A stretch of 64,000 nt of DNA from Eubacteriales bacterium (GTDB lineage Bacteria; Bacillota; Clostridia; Oscillospirales; JAAYXM01): positions 257,039-321,038 of the forward strand of contig JAZQDV010000010.1 of assembly GCA_045546975.1 (NCBI GenBank), given 5' to 3'. Position numbers and translations under genes: made by a program. A model generated the notes under the pieces. The model did not search any database. It worked only from the letters and a program-made list of their open reading frames with translations, and was not told the DNA's origin. Of this stretch, positions 31,346-42,235 are shown piece by piece (within the stretch, counting starts at the first letter, position 1; every line of letters begins with the position of its first letter).

Positions 31346-32728
31346 ATGAGTGCACCTTTGGATTCTTTTTATAATCTCGTAAAACACAAAAAATGCGCTG
31401 TCATCGGCATGGGAGTAAGCAATATTCCTTTGATACGCTTGCTCTTATCTGCCGATGCCTCTGTTTTGGTGTGCGATAAAAAGGAAGACCACGACCAAAA
31501 GATTCTTCATGAGTTTTCCCTTGGAGGAGCAAAGTTTTCTTTTGGCGATAACTACCTGAAAGAGCTTTCGGGAGTCGAGATTATATTCAAAACCCCCGGA
31601 ATGCGATATGATGTGCCTGAGCTTCTTGAGGCGGAGAAAAACGGAGCTCTCATCACAACTGAAATGGAGCAGTTTTTAAGTCTTTGTCCGTGCAAAAGTA
31701 TCGGCATAACAGGAAGTGACGGAAAGACAACAACAACCACGATAATCGGAGAGCTTTTAAGACAGGCTGGAAAGAGGACTTTTGTTGGCGGAAACATCGG
31801 AAATCCGCTTCTGCCTGAAGTAAACGACATGACAGCTGACGATTTTGCGGTTATTGAGCTTTCATCCTTCCAGCTTATGAACATAAAGCACAGTCCTGAC
31901 GTTTCAGTCATAACAAACATAACTCCAAACCACCTTGATATGCACAAGTCCATGGATGAATATACCGACGCTAAAAAGGATATCTACAAAAATTCCGTTG
32001 GCAGAGTTGTTCTGAATTTCGATAACGACAAAACAAACGAAATTTCAAGAGAGATACCCAATCGCGCGGTTATGTTCTCTTCAAGCAAGCTGCTTTCTGA
32101 CGGTTACTGTCTTGAATTGGGATATATCGTCAGAAGACAGGGAGAAAAGAGCGAAAAGATTCTTGCTGTTTCCGATATCAAGATACCCGGAATGCACAAT
32201 GTGGAAAATTACATGGCGGCAATCGCGGCAACGGAAGGCTTTGTCGAGACGGACGATATCATTTTTGTGGCGAAGAACTTTGGCGGAGTTGAGCATAGAA
32301 TGGAGCTTGTGCGAACACTCCGCGGAGTCAGGTATTATAACGATTCGATCGCATCGAGTCCCACGAGGACCATTGCAGGACTTCGTGCTTTTGACAGGAA
32401 GGTAATTCTTATAGCTGGCGGATACGATAAAAAAGTGCCGTTTGATGTCCTCGGTGAAGCTTGTCAGAAGTATGTAAAGTCGCTTGTTTTGGTTGGCGCA
32501 ACGGCAAAAAAAATCAAAGCCGCAGTCGAGTCGAGTGCAGGCTTTGATGCAAATAAGCTTCCTATAACTGTTTGTGAGAGTTTTGAGGATGCGGTAACTA
32601 CCGCGTCGCGCATTGCAACAGACGGCGATATTGTCACATTGTCTCCTGCGTGCGCATCGTTTGATTTATTCAAAAACTTTATGGTGCGCGGTGAACGTTT
32701 TAAGGAACTCGTTTCTTTACTTGACTGA
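31346..32728 (+). CDS. murD: UDP-N-acetylmuramoylalanine--D-glutamate ligase
   Basis: GITGSDGKTTTT P-loop. Mur ligase middle and C-terminal domains. Confidence 0.93.
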   Translation: MSAPLDSFYNLVKHKKCAVIGMGVSNIPLIRLLLSADASVLVCDKKEDHDQKILHEFSLGGAKFSFGDNYLKELSGVEIIFKTPGMRYDVPELLEAEKNGALITTEMEQFLSLCPCKSIGITGSDGKTTTTTIIGELLRQAGKRTFVGGNIGNPLLPEVNDMTADDFAVIELSSFQLMNIKHSPDVSVITNITPNHLDMHKSMDEYTDAKKDIYKNSVGRVVLNFDNDKTNEISREIPNRAVMFSSSKLLSDGYCLELGYIVRRQGEKSEKILAVSDIKIPGMHNVENYMAAIAATEGFVETDDIIFVAKNFGGVEHRMELVRTLRGVRYYNDSIASSPTRTIAGLRAFDRKVILIAGGYDKKVPFDVLGEACQKYVKSLVLVGATAKKIKAAVESSAGFDANKLPITVCESFEDAVTTASRIATDGDIVTLSPACASFDLFKNFMVRGERFKELVSLLD

Positions 32729-33913
32729 TATAAGCTTTGGTGAAGAAGTGAGTGTATTTCCTTGTTTTTGCGGTGAGGGAGAAAAAAGAGAATAGATATC
32801 ATCTGCGCGTCTTTCGAGGGCAAAGAAGTCTTGGGCTTTTTTGTCTTCGTTTTTTATGGATGACGGACGCGTTATTATGGGTATGTCCGATGTCTTTTTT
32901 GAAGCTTTGACGATTTTTCTGCCGGTTTCGTTAAAGGCAAGAATTCTCGCGTATGGAGGTTTCTCTTCTGCAAAAGAGGAATCAACGTCAAGAAATGCGT
33001 TTAAGAAGATGCGACGGATTCTTGAGTGTGTATATCTTTTTGTTTTTGCAAGAGTAACAGCGTCGCAAAGCTGTGCGCTTCTTGAAACTGCATCATAAAG
33101 ACGAGAATCAAGACCCTCAGATACATCGCTGTACTTAAGAAAATCTGAGGCGGAAAGACGCTTGAGCGAGGCAAGTTCTGCACGGTCAAATTCGGAACGG
33201 TTGTTAGGTGCGCGACCACAAATCTTTTCCTCGACGAATTTTTCGTATGAAGTATCTGGAAGAAGATGAGAAACATCCTTATCTGCAAAAATCAGTTCGC
33301 GTATATGTGATGCAGAGGAAAAATCGCCGTTTTCGCACTCTGTATCGTGTGCGGCGCCTTTGCGAAGTATAGGAAGCGGCACGATTTCGGATTTCAGTGT
33401 CAAAAGCGCTTTTATGTATTCAACTGCAAGGATGTTGTTCGGCGTTTTCAGGATTTTTGAGAGCTCGGGATTATGCTTTTTAAGTGCGTTATAGCGCGCG
33501 GTAGGAAAAGAAACGCCCTTTTTGTATTCTTTGATAATCTCGGAGTCAAAGGATGAGTCAAGTAAGAGTTTTGCAACGCTTGTCAGTTTGTTTGCGTCAT
33601 CTGTTTCTGCGCCGAAAGAGAGTCCCGATACGGTGCCGAGAGAGTTGAGAATCGAAATACCGCCGCGTGCGAAGCGCTCCGCCGATGCGATTGAATAGGG
33701 GAGCGGAAGCTCGATGACAAGATCTGCACCGCACTTTATTGCAACTTCTGCACGTGCTTCTTTTTTCATAACGGCACATTCGGCGCGTTGAACGAAATTG
33801 CCGCTCATAATGCAGACGATACCGTCTGCACCTGCTTTTTTTGTCTGCTCTATCTGGTAGAGATGGCCGTTATGAAAAGGGTTATACTCGCAGATTATTC
33901 CGAAAATCTTCAA
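32717..33913 (-). CDS. tmcAL: tRNA(Met) cytidine acetate ligase TmcAL (YlbM family nucleotidyltransferase)
   Basis: KIFGIICEYNPFHNGHLYQI. No in-frame ATG near the conserved N-terminus. TTG 33913 is preferred and GTG 33922 is an alternative. Confidence 0.8.
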   Translation of the reverse strand: MKIFGIICEYNPFHNGHLYQIEQTKKAGADGIVCIMSGNFVQRAECAVMKKEARAEVAIKCGADLVIELPLPYSIASAERFARGGISILNSLGTVSGLSFGAETDDANKLTSVAKLLLDSSFDSEIIKEYKKGVSFPTARYNALKKHNPELSKILKTPNNILAVEYIKALLTLKSEIVPLPILRKGAAHDTECENGDFSSASHIRELIFADKDVSHLLPDTSYEKFVEEKICGRAPNNRSEFDRAELASLKRLSASDFLKYSDVSEGLDSRLYDAVSRSAQLCDAVTLAKTKRYTHSRIRRIFLNAFLDVDSSFAEEKPPYARILAFNETGRKIVKASKKTSDIPIITRPSSIKNEDKKAQDFFALERRADDIYSLFSPSPQKQGNTLTSSPKLISVK

Positions 33914-34077
33914 ATCTTTCACATCCTTTTCTGAAAAAGTGAAAAAGGTCTTGCAAAATAACAAATAATGGGATAAAATAAACAAAGTGTTTTCAGAAAT
34001 ATCTTTTTTATATTCTAACCGCAAAACAACGATTTTTCAAGTAAACTAAACAAATTATTTTACGGAGGCAATAAATT

Positions 34078-35271
34078 ATGAAAATTCTCGTTATTAACGC
34101 AGGAAGCTCCTCGCTCAAGTACCAGTTTATGGAGTCTGAGGGTGGAGAGGTTTTTGCAAAGGGTCTTTGCGAGCGTATAGGCATTGACGGACGTCTCACA
34201 CACAAGGTTCCAGGCAAAGATGATGTCAAGGTTGACATTGCAATGCCCACACATGCTGAGGCTATTCAGTCTGTTCTTGATATTCTCGTCGATCCAAAGG
34301 ACGGCGTTATAGCATCTACTGACGAAATTGCTGCAGTTGGACACAGAGTTCTCCACGGCGGTATGGAATTCACTGCAAGCTGCCTTATCGACGACACTTG
34401 CATCGCTGCAATTGAAAAGTGTATTCCGCTCGGCCCGCTCCATAACCCTGCAAACCTTATGGGTATCAGAGCTTGCCAGAAGGTTATGCCGAAAACTCCG
34501 CAGGTTGCAGTTTTCGATACTGCTTTCCATATGACAATGCCGCCAAAGGCATACATCTATCCGATTCCGTATGAGTACTATGAAAAGGACGATGTACGTC
34601 GCTACGGCTTCCACGGCACAAGCCACAGATATGTTTCTGCACGCGCGATTGATATGCTCGGAAACCCTGAGCACAGCCGCGTAATCTGCTGTCACCTTGG
34701 CAACGGCTCCTCACTTTCTGCAGTAGTTGACGGAAAGTGCCAGGATACAAGTATGGGTCTTGGCCCGCTCGCAGGCTTCCTCATGGGAACACGCGCAGGT
34801 GATATTGATGCTACAATCCTTGAGTACCTTATGGGTCGCTACGGCTACGACATCAAGGAGATGAACAACATCCTCAACAAAAAGTCAGGTGTTCTCGGTA
34901 TCTCGGGCGTAAGCTCTGACTTCCGCGACCTTGATGAGGCTGCTGCAAACGGAAACGAGCGCGCACGTCTTGCTCTTGATAAGTTCATCTACGAGGTAAA
35001 GAAGTTCATAGGTGCATACTCAACTGCTATGGGCGGTGTTGACGCTATCGTATTTACTGCAGGTATCGGTGAAAACTCAACAGATCTCCGCGAGGAAATC
35101 TGCTCCGGTCTTGAATATATGGGCGTTAAGATGGATGCTGAGAAGAACAAGGTTCGCGGCAAGGAAGCGGATGTTTCTGCTGCCGACTCAAAGGTAAAGA
35201 TTTTTGTAATCCCGACAAACGAAGAGCTTATGATAGCAAAGGATACAGAAGAAATCGTAAAAGCTCTCTAA
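34078..35271 (+). CDS. ackA: acetate kinase
   Basis: MKILVINAGSSSLKYQ and GFHGTSH. Confidence 0.97.
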   Translation: MKILVINAGSSSLKYQFMESEGGEVFAKGLCERIGIDGRLTHKVPGKDDVKVDIAMPTHAEAIQSVLDILVDPKDGVIASTDEIAAVGHRVLHGGMEFTASCLIDDTCIAAIEKCIPLGPLHNPANLMGIRACQKVMPKTPQVAVFDTAFHMTMPPKAYIYPIPYEYYEKDDVRRYGFHGTSHRYVSARAIDMLGNPEHSRVICCHLGNGSSLSAVVDGKCQDTSMGLGPLAGFLMGTRAGDIDATILEYLMGRYGYDIKEMNNILNKKSGVLGISGVSSDFRDLDEAAANGNERARLALDKFIYEVKKFIGAYSTAMGGVDAIVFTAGIGENSTDLREEICSGLEYMGVKMDAEKNKVRGKEADVSAADSKVKIFVIPTNEELMIAKDTEEIVKAL

Positions 35272-35281
35272 ATAAAATTTT

Positions 35282-35313
35282 AAGGAACAGACGTACTCGT
35301 CTGTTCCTTTTTT
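35282..35313. terminator. terminator after ackA
   Basis: Stem aaggaacagacg/cgtctgttcctt, loop tact, followed by a T-run. Confidence 0.8.
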
Positions 35314-35323
35314 GTACGCTATT

Positions 35324-35539
35324 TTAATCCGGATGGTGAGTTCTGCCTGCTGCACTGTCGCGGAAGAAAAGGGAGATGCACCATATACCTGCTATTGCGA
35401 CAAGGGTAAAGATGATTCGGCTTAAAAGTGCGTCCTGCCCGCCGAAAATTGCGGCGACGATGTCAAATTGAAAAATCCCTATTGAACCCCAGTTGAGAGC
35501 ACCGACAATTGTGAGCAAAAGAGCAAGTTTATCAAGCAT
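35324..35539 (-). CDS. DUF378-family small membrane protein
   Basis: 71 aa with two TM helices. VGALNWGSIGIF motif. Confidence 0.75.
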   Translation of the reverse strand: MLDKLALLLTIVGALNWGSIGIFQFDIVAAIFGGQDALLSRIIFTLVAIAGIWCISLFFRDSAAGRTHHPD

Positions 35540-35752
35540 TTTATCAACTCCTTATTTTTATACTTTCAACGTACATAATAAGTATTCCGTGAAGTTATTC
35601 GATAAATTCATTTTTGTTTATGTAAAATTTTGAAAAAACATAGGAAAATATTAAAAAAATAAGAGTGTTTTTGTAAAGTTTACTATGGACTTTTTGGCAA
35701 ATTTATGCTTTAATATATAGTATGTAGTTTTGTATAATTGGAGTTGAAAGAA

Positions 35753-37141
35753 ATGAAGCTTACAAATGTAAAAGAACTGTATTCTTCGCCTGAGAGCTTT
35801 GGTGGAAAACAGGTTACTGTAGGTGGTTGGATTCGTACAGTACGTGATTCCAAAGTTTTCGGCTTTATGGAGCTTAATGATGGCTCATTTTTCAAGAGCG
35901 TTCAGGTCGTTATAGATGATAAGATCGCGAATTTTTCTGAGCTTGTTCACCTCAATGTCGGAAGCGCTGTGGTTGTAAAGGGTACACTTGTGCTTACTCC
36001 TGAGGCAAAGCAGCCCTTTGAAATCAAGGCCGACGAAGTTGTGGTTGAAGGAGAGTCTGCTCCTGATTATCCGCTTCAGAAGAAACGCCACTCTCTCGAG
36101 TTTTTGAGAACGATAACATATCTCCGTCCGAGGACAAACACATTCTCAGCTGTATTCAGAGTGAGAAGTGAGGCTGCCTATGCTATTCACAAGTTCTTCA
36201 ACGAACGCGGATTTGTGTACGCACACACACCGATAATCACAGGAAGTGACTGTGAAGGTGCGGGCGAGATGTTCAAGATAACAACTCTCGATATGGAAAA
36301 TCCGCCGAGGGATGATAACGGAAAGGTTGACTATTCAACTGACTTTTTCGGCAGGGAAGCAAGCCTTACCGTTTCAGGCCAGCTTGAGGCTGAGACGTTT
36401 GCTCTCGCTTTTGGAAAGACATATACATTTGGTCCTACCTTCCGTGCGGAAAATTCAAATACGGCGCGTCATGCGGCAGAGTTCTGGATGATAGAGCCTG
36501 AAATAGCTTTTGCTGATATAAACGACGATATGGAACTTGCAGAGGCTATGGTCAAGTACGTTATCAGACACGTTCTCGATAACTGCAAGGAAGAAATGGA
36601 GTTCTTTAATAACTTTGTTGATAAAGGACTTATCGAACGCCTTGAGCTTGTTGCAAACTCTGATTTCGGAGTTATGGAATATGCTGAGGGCATCAAAATT
36701 CTCGAACAGTACAAGGATAAGTTTGAATATCCCGTATTCTTCGGGTGCGACCTTCAGACAGAGCATGAGCGTTTCCTCACCGAAGAGATTATGAAGAAGC
36801 CGATGTTCCTTATAAACTACCCGAAGGAAATAAAGGCATTCTATATGCGCCAGAACGATGACGGAAAGACCGTTGCCGCTATGGACCTTTTCGTTCCGGG
36901 AATCGGCGAGCTTATTGGTGGAAGTCAGCGTGAGGAGAGATACGATGTTCTTCTTGCCAAGATGGAAGAGATGAAGCTTCCGCGTGAGGATTATGAGTGG
37001 TATTTGAATCTCCGTCGCTTTGGCGGTGTAAAGCATGCAGGTTACGGCCTCGGCTTTGAGCGTCTCATTATGTACCTCACGGGCATTTCAAACATCCGTG
37101 ACGTGCTTCCGTTCCCGAGATGCACAGGCAAATTATTGTAA
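35753..37141 (+). CDS. asnS: asparagine--tRNA ligase
   Basis: [10 protein letters not shown]...[11 protein letters not shown]-fold N-terminus and a class II core ([15 protein letters not shown]). ATG 35753. Confidence 0.93.
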   Translation: MKLTNVKELYSSPESFGGKQVTVGGWIRTVRDSKVFGFMELNDGSFFKSVQVVIDDKIANFSELVHLNVGSAVVVKGTLVLTPEAKQPFEIKADEVVVEGESAPDYPLQKKRHSLEFLRTITYLRPRTNTFSAVFRVRSEAAYAIHKFFNERGFVYAHTPIITGSDCEGAGEMFKITTLDMENPPRDDNGKVDYSTDFFGREASLTVSGQLEAETFALAFGKTYTFGPTFRAENSNTARHAAEFWMIEPEIAFADINDDMELAEAMVKYVIRHVLDNCKEEMEFFNNFVDKGLIERLELVANSDFGVMEYAEGIKILEQYKDKFEYPVFFGCDLQTEHERFLTEEIMKKPMFLINYPKEIKAFYMRQNDDGKTVAAMDLFVPGIGELIGGSQREERYDVLLAKMEEMKLPREDYEWYLNLRRFGGVKHAGYGLGFERLIMYLTGISNIRDVLPFPRCTGKLL

Positions 37142-37163
37142 TTTATTTTTAGGAGAATATATT

Positions 37164-38444
37164 ATGGAAAAGATTTCGTATAAGAGCCTTTCAAAAGATC
37201 AGATGATTGCGCTCCGTGATGAGCTTTCAAAAAAGTATGCTGAATATGTTGCACGCGGACTCAAGCTTGATATGTCAAGAGGAAAGCCTGCACCGAATCA
37301 GCTTGACCTTTCAGAGGGACTTTTGAGTGTTATTTCAAAGAGTGAGGACGTCTCTGATGTAACTCCCGACGTAAGAAACTACGGCGGACTCGACGGACTT
37401 CCTGAAATGAAGAAAATTTTTGCCGATATGCTCGGTGTTAAGACAAGTGAAGTTATCGTTGGCGGAAACGCAAGTCTTACAATGATGTTTGATATGGTTT
37501 CCCGTTCTGTAACTCACGGCGTTTTGGGAAATACTCCATGGTCTCAGCTTTCTGAGGTCAAGTTCCTTTGCCCAGTTCCCGGATATGACAGGCACTTCTC
37601 AATATGCGAGTGCTTTGGAATCAAGATGATTCCTATCGCAATGACAAATGAAGGTCCGGATATGGATGAGGTGAAGAAGTACGTCGAAAATGACGCTTCC
37701 GTAAAGGGTATCTGGTGCGTTCCGAAATACTCAAATCCCACGGGCATCACATTCTCTGACGATGTAGTAAAAAAGCTTGCATCCTTAAAGCCCGCGGCAG
37801 CAGATTTCAGAATTTTCTGGGATAATGCATACTGTGTACACGACCTCTACGATGAGAGCGATAAGCTTCTCAACATTCTCGACGAGTGCCGTAAGATGGG
37901 AAATGAGGATATGTGCTATATCTTTGCTTCTACTTCAAAGGTTTCATTCCCGGGAGCAGGTGTTGCAGTTATGGCAATGAGCGAGAACAATATAGCAGCA
38001 ACAAAAAAAGTACTCGCAATGCAGATGATCGGTCCTGATAAGATAAATCAGCTCCGTCACATCAAATTCTTCCGTGATCTCGATGGTATCCGTGCTCACA
38101 TGAAAAAGCACGCAGCTATCCTTGCGCCGAAGTTTGAGATGGTTGTAAAGACATTTGAAGAAGAGCTCAAGGGTCTCGATATAGCAGATTGGACGTCACC
38201 CAACGGCGGATACTTTATAAGCCTCGATGTTCTTCCGGGCTGCGCAAAACGCGTTCATAAGCTTATGGCAGAGGCAGGCGTTGTAATGACAGGCTGCGGA
38301 GCAACATTCCCGTACGGAAACGACCCGCAGGATACAAACCTTCGTATTGCTCCGTCTTATCCTTCGGTTGACGAGCTTAAAACAGCTACTGAGCTTTTAT
38401 GTCTTTGTGTAAAGCTTGCAGCACTTGAAAAGTTGGTAGGATAG
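37164..38444 (+). CDS. class I/II-fold PLP-dependent aminotransferase (aspartate aminotransferase-like)
   Basis: 426 aa. Probable PLP-lysine context STSKVSFPGAG. AGGAGA RBS before ATG 37164. Confidence 0.75.
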   Translation: MEKISYKSLSKDQMIALRDELSKKYAEYVARGLKLDMSRGKPAPNQLDLSEGLLSVISKSEDVSDVTPDVRNYGGLDGLPEMKKIFADMLGVKTSEVIVGGNASLTMMFDMVSRSVTHGVLGNTPWSQLSEVKFLCPVPGYDRHFSICECFGIKMIPIAMTNEGPDMDEVKKYVENDASVKGIWCVPKYSNPTGITFSDDVVKKLASLKPAAADFRIFWDNAYCVHDLYDESDKLLNILDECRKMGNEDMCYIFASTSKVSFPGAGVAVMAMSENNIAATKKVLAMQMIGPDKINQLRHIKFFRDLDGIRAHMKKHAAILAPKFEMVVKTFEEELKGLDIADWTSPNGGYFISLDVLPGCAKRVHKLMAEAGVVMTGCGATFPYGNDPQDTNLRIAPSYPSVDELKTATELLCLCVKLAALEKLVG

Positions 38445-38454
38445 AGGTAAAAAG

Positions 38455-39885
38455 ATGAGAAATACATACGAATCACCGCTCAATTCAAGATACGCAAGCG
38501 CGGAAATGACGGAACTTTTCTCTCCTGATGTCAAGTTCAAGACATGGAGAAAGCTCTGGATAGCACTTGCGCGTGCTGAGATGAAACTCGGTCTTCCAGT
38601 TACACAGGCACAGATTGATGAGCTTGAAAAATTCAAGGATGACATCAACTATGAAGTTGCAGAAAAGCGCGAAAAGGAAGTTCGCCATGACGTTATGTCA
38701 CATGTCTATGCGTACGGTGTTCAGTGCCCGAATGCAAAAGGCATAATCCATCTCGGCGCTACCAGTTGCTATGTTGGTGACAATACAGACATAATCATTA
38801 TGCGTGATGCCTTAAAGCTTATCCGCAAGCGCCTTGTAAGTGTCATATCAGCACTTTCAAAGTTTGCAGATGAGTATAAGGATATGCCGACACTCGGCTT
38901 CACTCATTTCCAGCCGGCTCAGCTTACCACAGTGGGAAAGCGTGCAACTCTCTGGATAAATGAGCTTTTATATGACCTTTCTGAAATTGAGTTCAGAATC
39001 GATGCGATGCGCCTTCTCGGTTCAAAGGGAACAACGGGTACTCAGGCGAGCTTTATGGAGCTCTTTGACGGAGACGAAGAAAAAATAAAGAAGATGGAAC
39101 AGTACATTGCCGAAGAACTTGGCTTTGACGGTGTTGTTCCGGTTTCCGGTCAGACATATTCAAGAAAAATCGACTCAATGGTTCTCTCAACACTCTCGGG
39201 TATTGCGCAGAGTGCTTGCAAGTTTGCAACAGACCTTCGTCTGCTTTCAAACTTAAAGGAAATGGAAGAACCGTTTGAGAAGAACCAGATAGGCTCTTCT
39301 GCAATGCCGTACAAGAGAAATCCGATGCGTTCCGAGCGTATATGTGCGCTTTCAAAGTTCGTTATAAGCACGTCTATAAATCCGGCACTTACTGCGGCAA
39401 CACAGTGGTTCGAAAGAACTCTTGACGACTCTGCAAACAAGCGTCTTGCAGTTGCTGAAGCATTCCTTGCAACAGATGCAATTCTTTCAATTTACTTAAA
39501 TGTTGCTTCTGGCCTTGTTGTTTATCCGAAGGTTATCAACCGCCATCTTATGGAAGAACTTCCGTTTATGGCGAGTGAGAACATAATGATGGATGCAGTC
39601 AAGCGTGGCGGTGACCGACAGGAGCTTCACGAACTCATCAGAACTCATTCCGTAGCAGCAGGCAAGAAAGTCAAGGAAGAGGGAATGTCAAACGACCTCA
39701 TTGACAGAATCGCAAACGACCCGGCATTCGGTATGACAAAGGAAGAGATTGAAAAGAATCTCGATCCTAAGAACTTTACCGGAAGAAGTGCTTCTCAGGT
39801 AACGGAATTTATCCGTGATTATGTGAAACCCTCTGTTGAAAAATACGCGGATGAAATCGCAACAGAGGCAGAATTAAAAGTATAA
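38455..39885 (+). CDS. purB: adenylosuccinate lyase
   Basis: Fumarate-lyase signature GSSAMPYKRNP. 476 aa. Confidence 0.95.
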   Translation: MRNTYESPLNSRYASAEMTELFSPDVKFKTWRKLWIALARAEMKLGLPVTQAQIDELEKFKDDINYEVAEKREKEVRHDVMSHVYAYGVQCPNAKGIIHLGATSCYVGDNTDIIIMRDALKLIRKRLVSVISALSKFADEYKDMPTLGFTHFQPAQLTTVGKRATLWINELLYDLSEIEFRIDAMRLLGSKGTTGTQASFMELFDGDEEKIKKMEQYIAEELGFDGVVPVSGQTYSRKIDSMVLSTLSGIAQSACKFATDLRLLSNLKEMEEPFEKNQIGSSAMPYKRNPMRSERICALSKFVISTSINPALTAATQWFERTLDDSANKRLAVAEAFLATDAILSIYLNVASGLVVYPKVINRHLMEELPFMASENIMMDAVKRGGDRQELHELIRTHSVAAGKKVKEEGMSNDLIDRIANDPAFGMTKEEIEKNLDPKNFTGRSASQVTEFIRDYVKPSVEKYADEIATEAELKV

Positions 39886-39920
39886 TTTACGACTAAAGTC
39901 GTTTTGAGGAGGTTTTACAA

Positions 39921-41219
39921 ATGAAAAAAGGCATACTCGGTTTTGTTGCTGTTCTGGTGGTTGTTGCATTAGTTGCAGTAATCGCAATCAGCGGCCTTAA
40001 CCTTGGTGTAGCGGAGATTCCGAGTGCAGTTGACGGTATTCGACTCGGTCTTGATCTCAAAGGCGGTGCGGCTATAACATTTGAGGCACGCACAGAGGAC
40101 GGGTCAACACCGTCGATGGCAGATATGGAAATTGCACAGACAGTTCTCAGAAAGAGACTTGATGCTGCAAACTACACGGAAGCTACCGTCCAGATAATGG
40201 GCGATAAGCGTCTTGCAGTAGAGATTCCATCGGTTACTGACCCTGATGAAGCTGTTGAGCTTCTCGGAAAAACTGCTGTTTTAGAGTTTCGTGATGCTGA
40301 TTCAAATGTAATTTTGACAGGTGCAGACATTGAGAGTGCAGCATCAGTTTACGGACAGGTATCAGAAACAGGACCGAGCGTACACCACGTCACACTTAAG
40401 TTCAAGAGTGAGGCACGTTCAAAGTTTGTTGCAGCAACAAAGGTTGCCGCTGCAAACGCAAGCTCAGGGAAGAACTACATCGACATTTTCCTTGATGATG
40501 TAAATCAGAGCCATGCGTTTGTTGATGCTTCCTATGCATCTACAGGCATTGATTCAGAAAGCGTTGTTATCACAATGGGCGACGAGAACAGCATGATGGC
40601 TACCGGCGGCGATGCTGCAAAGACTCTTGCAAATGTAATCAATTCCGGACGTCTTCCGTTTGAGCTTGAGGAAATCGAAACACGTGCAGTAGGGCCGACA
40701 TTGGGCGAGAAGGCACTTGAAACAAGTCTCTTTGCAGGACTTATCGGTCTTATTCTTGTTATCATCTTTATGATAGCTATTTACAGGCTTCCTGGTATTG
40801 TTGCGGGTATTTCTCTTGCGTTCTACACAACTCTTTTCATAGTAGTTATGGCTCTTCTCAAGGTCAACCTTTCACTTCCGGGTATTGCAGGTGTTATCCT
40901 CTCGATCGGTATGGCGGTTGATGCTAACGTAATTATTTATGAGCGTATTAAGGAAGAACTCAGGAACGGTAAGACAATAAAGGCTTCCATTGATGCGGGA
41001 TTTAAGCGTGCATTCACGGCAATTCTTGACTCCAACATCACAACCCTCATCGCAGCAGTAGTTCTTTATATGTACGGTATGGGCACAATAGTAGGCTTTG
41101 CAATCACTTTGGGACTCGGCGTTGTTATCTCAATGTTCACGGTTTTGGTAGTATCACGTTTCTTGCTTTACCGCCTCGTTGATATGAACGTCAAGTCGCT
41201 CAAGGCTTACGGTGTATAA
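39921..41219 (+). CDS. secD: protein translocase subunit SecD
   Basis: 432 aa. N-terminal TM, a periplasmic-type domain, and 5 C-terminal TMs. Confidence 0.9.
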   Translation: MKKGILGFVAVLVVVALVAVIAISGLNLGVAEIPSAVDGIRLGLDLKGGAAITFEARTEDGSTPSMADMEIAQTVLRKRLDAANYTEATVQIMGDKRLAVEIPSVTDPDEAVELLGKTAVLEFRDADSNVILTGADIESAASVYGQVSETGPSVHHVTLKFKSEARSKFVAATKVAAANASSGKNYIDIFLDDVNQSHAFVDASYASTGIDSESVVITMGDENSMMATGGDAAKTLANVINSGRLPFELEEIETRAVGPTLGEKALETSLFAGLIGLILVIIFMIAIYRLPGIVAGISLAFYTTLFIVVMALLKVNLSLPGIAGVILSIGMAVDANVIIYERIKEELRNGKTIKASIDAGFKRAFTAILDSNITTLIAAVVLYMYGMGTIVGFAITLGLGVVISMFTVLVVSRFLLYRLVDMNVKSLKAYGV

Positions 41220-41232
41220 GGAGGGGAAAGAA

Positions 41233-42171
41233 ATGTTTGCTAAATTGGAAAATAAACTTAACATAGTTAGTAAGTTCAACATTTTTGGAACAATCGCAGT
41301 TATAGTTGCCCTTTTAGGTTTGGTTTCCGTTGTTCTCCTTCCGTTTAATGTAAATCTCTTCAATTTTGATATTGACTTTGCAGGCGGAACAACACTGTCT
41401 TATAATATGCATAAGGATCTTGACAAGGCAGAGCTTGATAACATAGCAGCGATTACTGAAAAGACGGTAGGCATCGCACCGTCATCAGTTCAGAAGCTTG
41501 ACGACGGAACTCAGGTTCTCATCAAGATTAATACTCTTGAAGCACAGCAGCGCGATGCTATCTTTACAGCACTCAAGGAAGCGTACGGACTCAATGACGG
41601 AACAACAAAGGATGAAAATGGAAATGTGATCCCGACAGATATCCTCTCTGTTGATAATGTTGACCCTGTTATGGGTAAGGATTTGAGAAATGCTGCTATC
41701 ATTTCAGCACTTCTTGCAATTCTTCTTATGCTTGTTTACATAGCAATCCGTTTCAGTGTAAAGTCAGGTGTTGCAGCAGTTGTAGCTCTTGCACATGACG
41801 TTTTGGTAGTTATCGGTGCTTATGTCGTTTTCCGCATCCCTGTAAATATGACGTTTATCGCAGTTGTTCTTACAATCCTCGGTTATTCTATCAACGCAAC
41901 AATCGTCATATTTGACAGAATTCGTGAAAACAGAAAGATACTTAAGAAAACAAGCTTTGAGGATGTTGCAAACAAGAGTATCTGGCAGACAGTAACAAGA
42001 AGCATAAACACAACAATCACAACGCTTCTTCCGGTTGTATTCATTGCAATCTTCGGTGTAACATCAATCAGAAACTTTGCAATTCCGCTTATTGTCGGTC
42101 TCGTTGCAGGTTTGTATTCTTCAGTATTTATCTCAGGTCCGGTCTGGGCAAAGCTTGAAAAGAATAAATAA
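41233..42171 (+). CDS. secF: protein translocase subunit SecF
   Basis: Follows secD. GGTTLSY motif and 6 TMs. AAGGAGGGG RBS before ATG 41233. Confidence 0.9.
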   Translation: MFAKLENKLNIVSKFNIFGTIAVIVALLGLVSVVLLPFNVNLFNFDIDFAGGTTLSYNMHKDLDKAELDNIAAITEKTVGIAPSSVQKLDDGTQVLIKINTLEAQQRDAIFTALKEAYGLNDGTTKDENGNVIPTDILSVDNVDPVMGKDLRNAAIISALLAILLMLVYIAIRFSVKSGVAAVVALAHDVLVVIGAYVVFRIPVNMTFIAVVLTILGYSINATIVIFDRIRENRKILKKTSFEDVANKSIWQTVTRSINTTITTLLPVVFIAIFGVTSIRNFAIPLIVGLVAGLYSSVFISGPVWAKLEKNK

Positions 42172-42179
42172 AGCATTTT

Positions 42180-42207
42180 CAGAGGCTTGCATTTTTGCAA
42201 GCCTCTG
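42180..42207 (+). terminator. hairpin after secF (weak terminator)
   Basis: cagaggcttgc/gcaagcctctg stem with loop attttt. No U-tract follows. Confidence 0.4.
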
Positions 42208-42235
42208 GTTAATAAATAGCGGAGGTGTTTTGTAT

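Noticed and set aside
34060-34695. 211-aa ORF antisense to ackA.
   Set aside because: It lies entirely within the acetate kinase coding region on the opposite strand. It has no RBS and an atypical Cys/His/Asn-rich composition.
35540-35752. T-box leader upstream of asnS. The lysA (L-box) and thrC upstream regions were checked in the same way.
   Set aside because: The asnS upstream region is AT-rich, has no conserved T-box sequence or antiterminator, and is short. lysA and thrC abut the preceding genes and leave no room for a leader.
36455-37036. 193-aa ORF antisense to asnS.
   Set aside because: It is a shadow ORF inside a confident aminoacyl-tRNA synthetase gene, with no start context.
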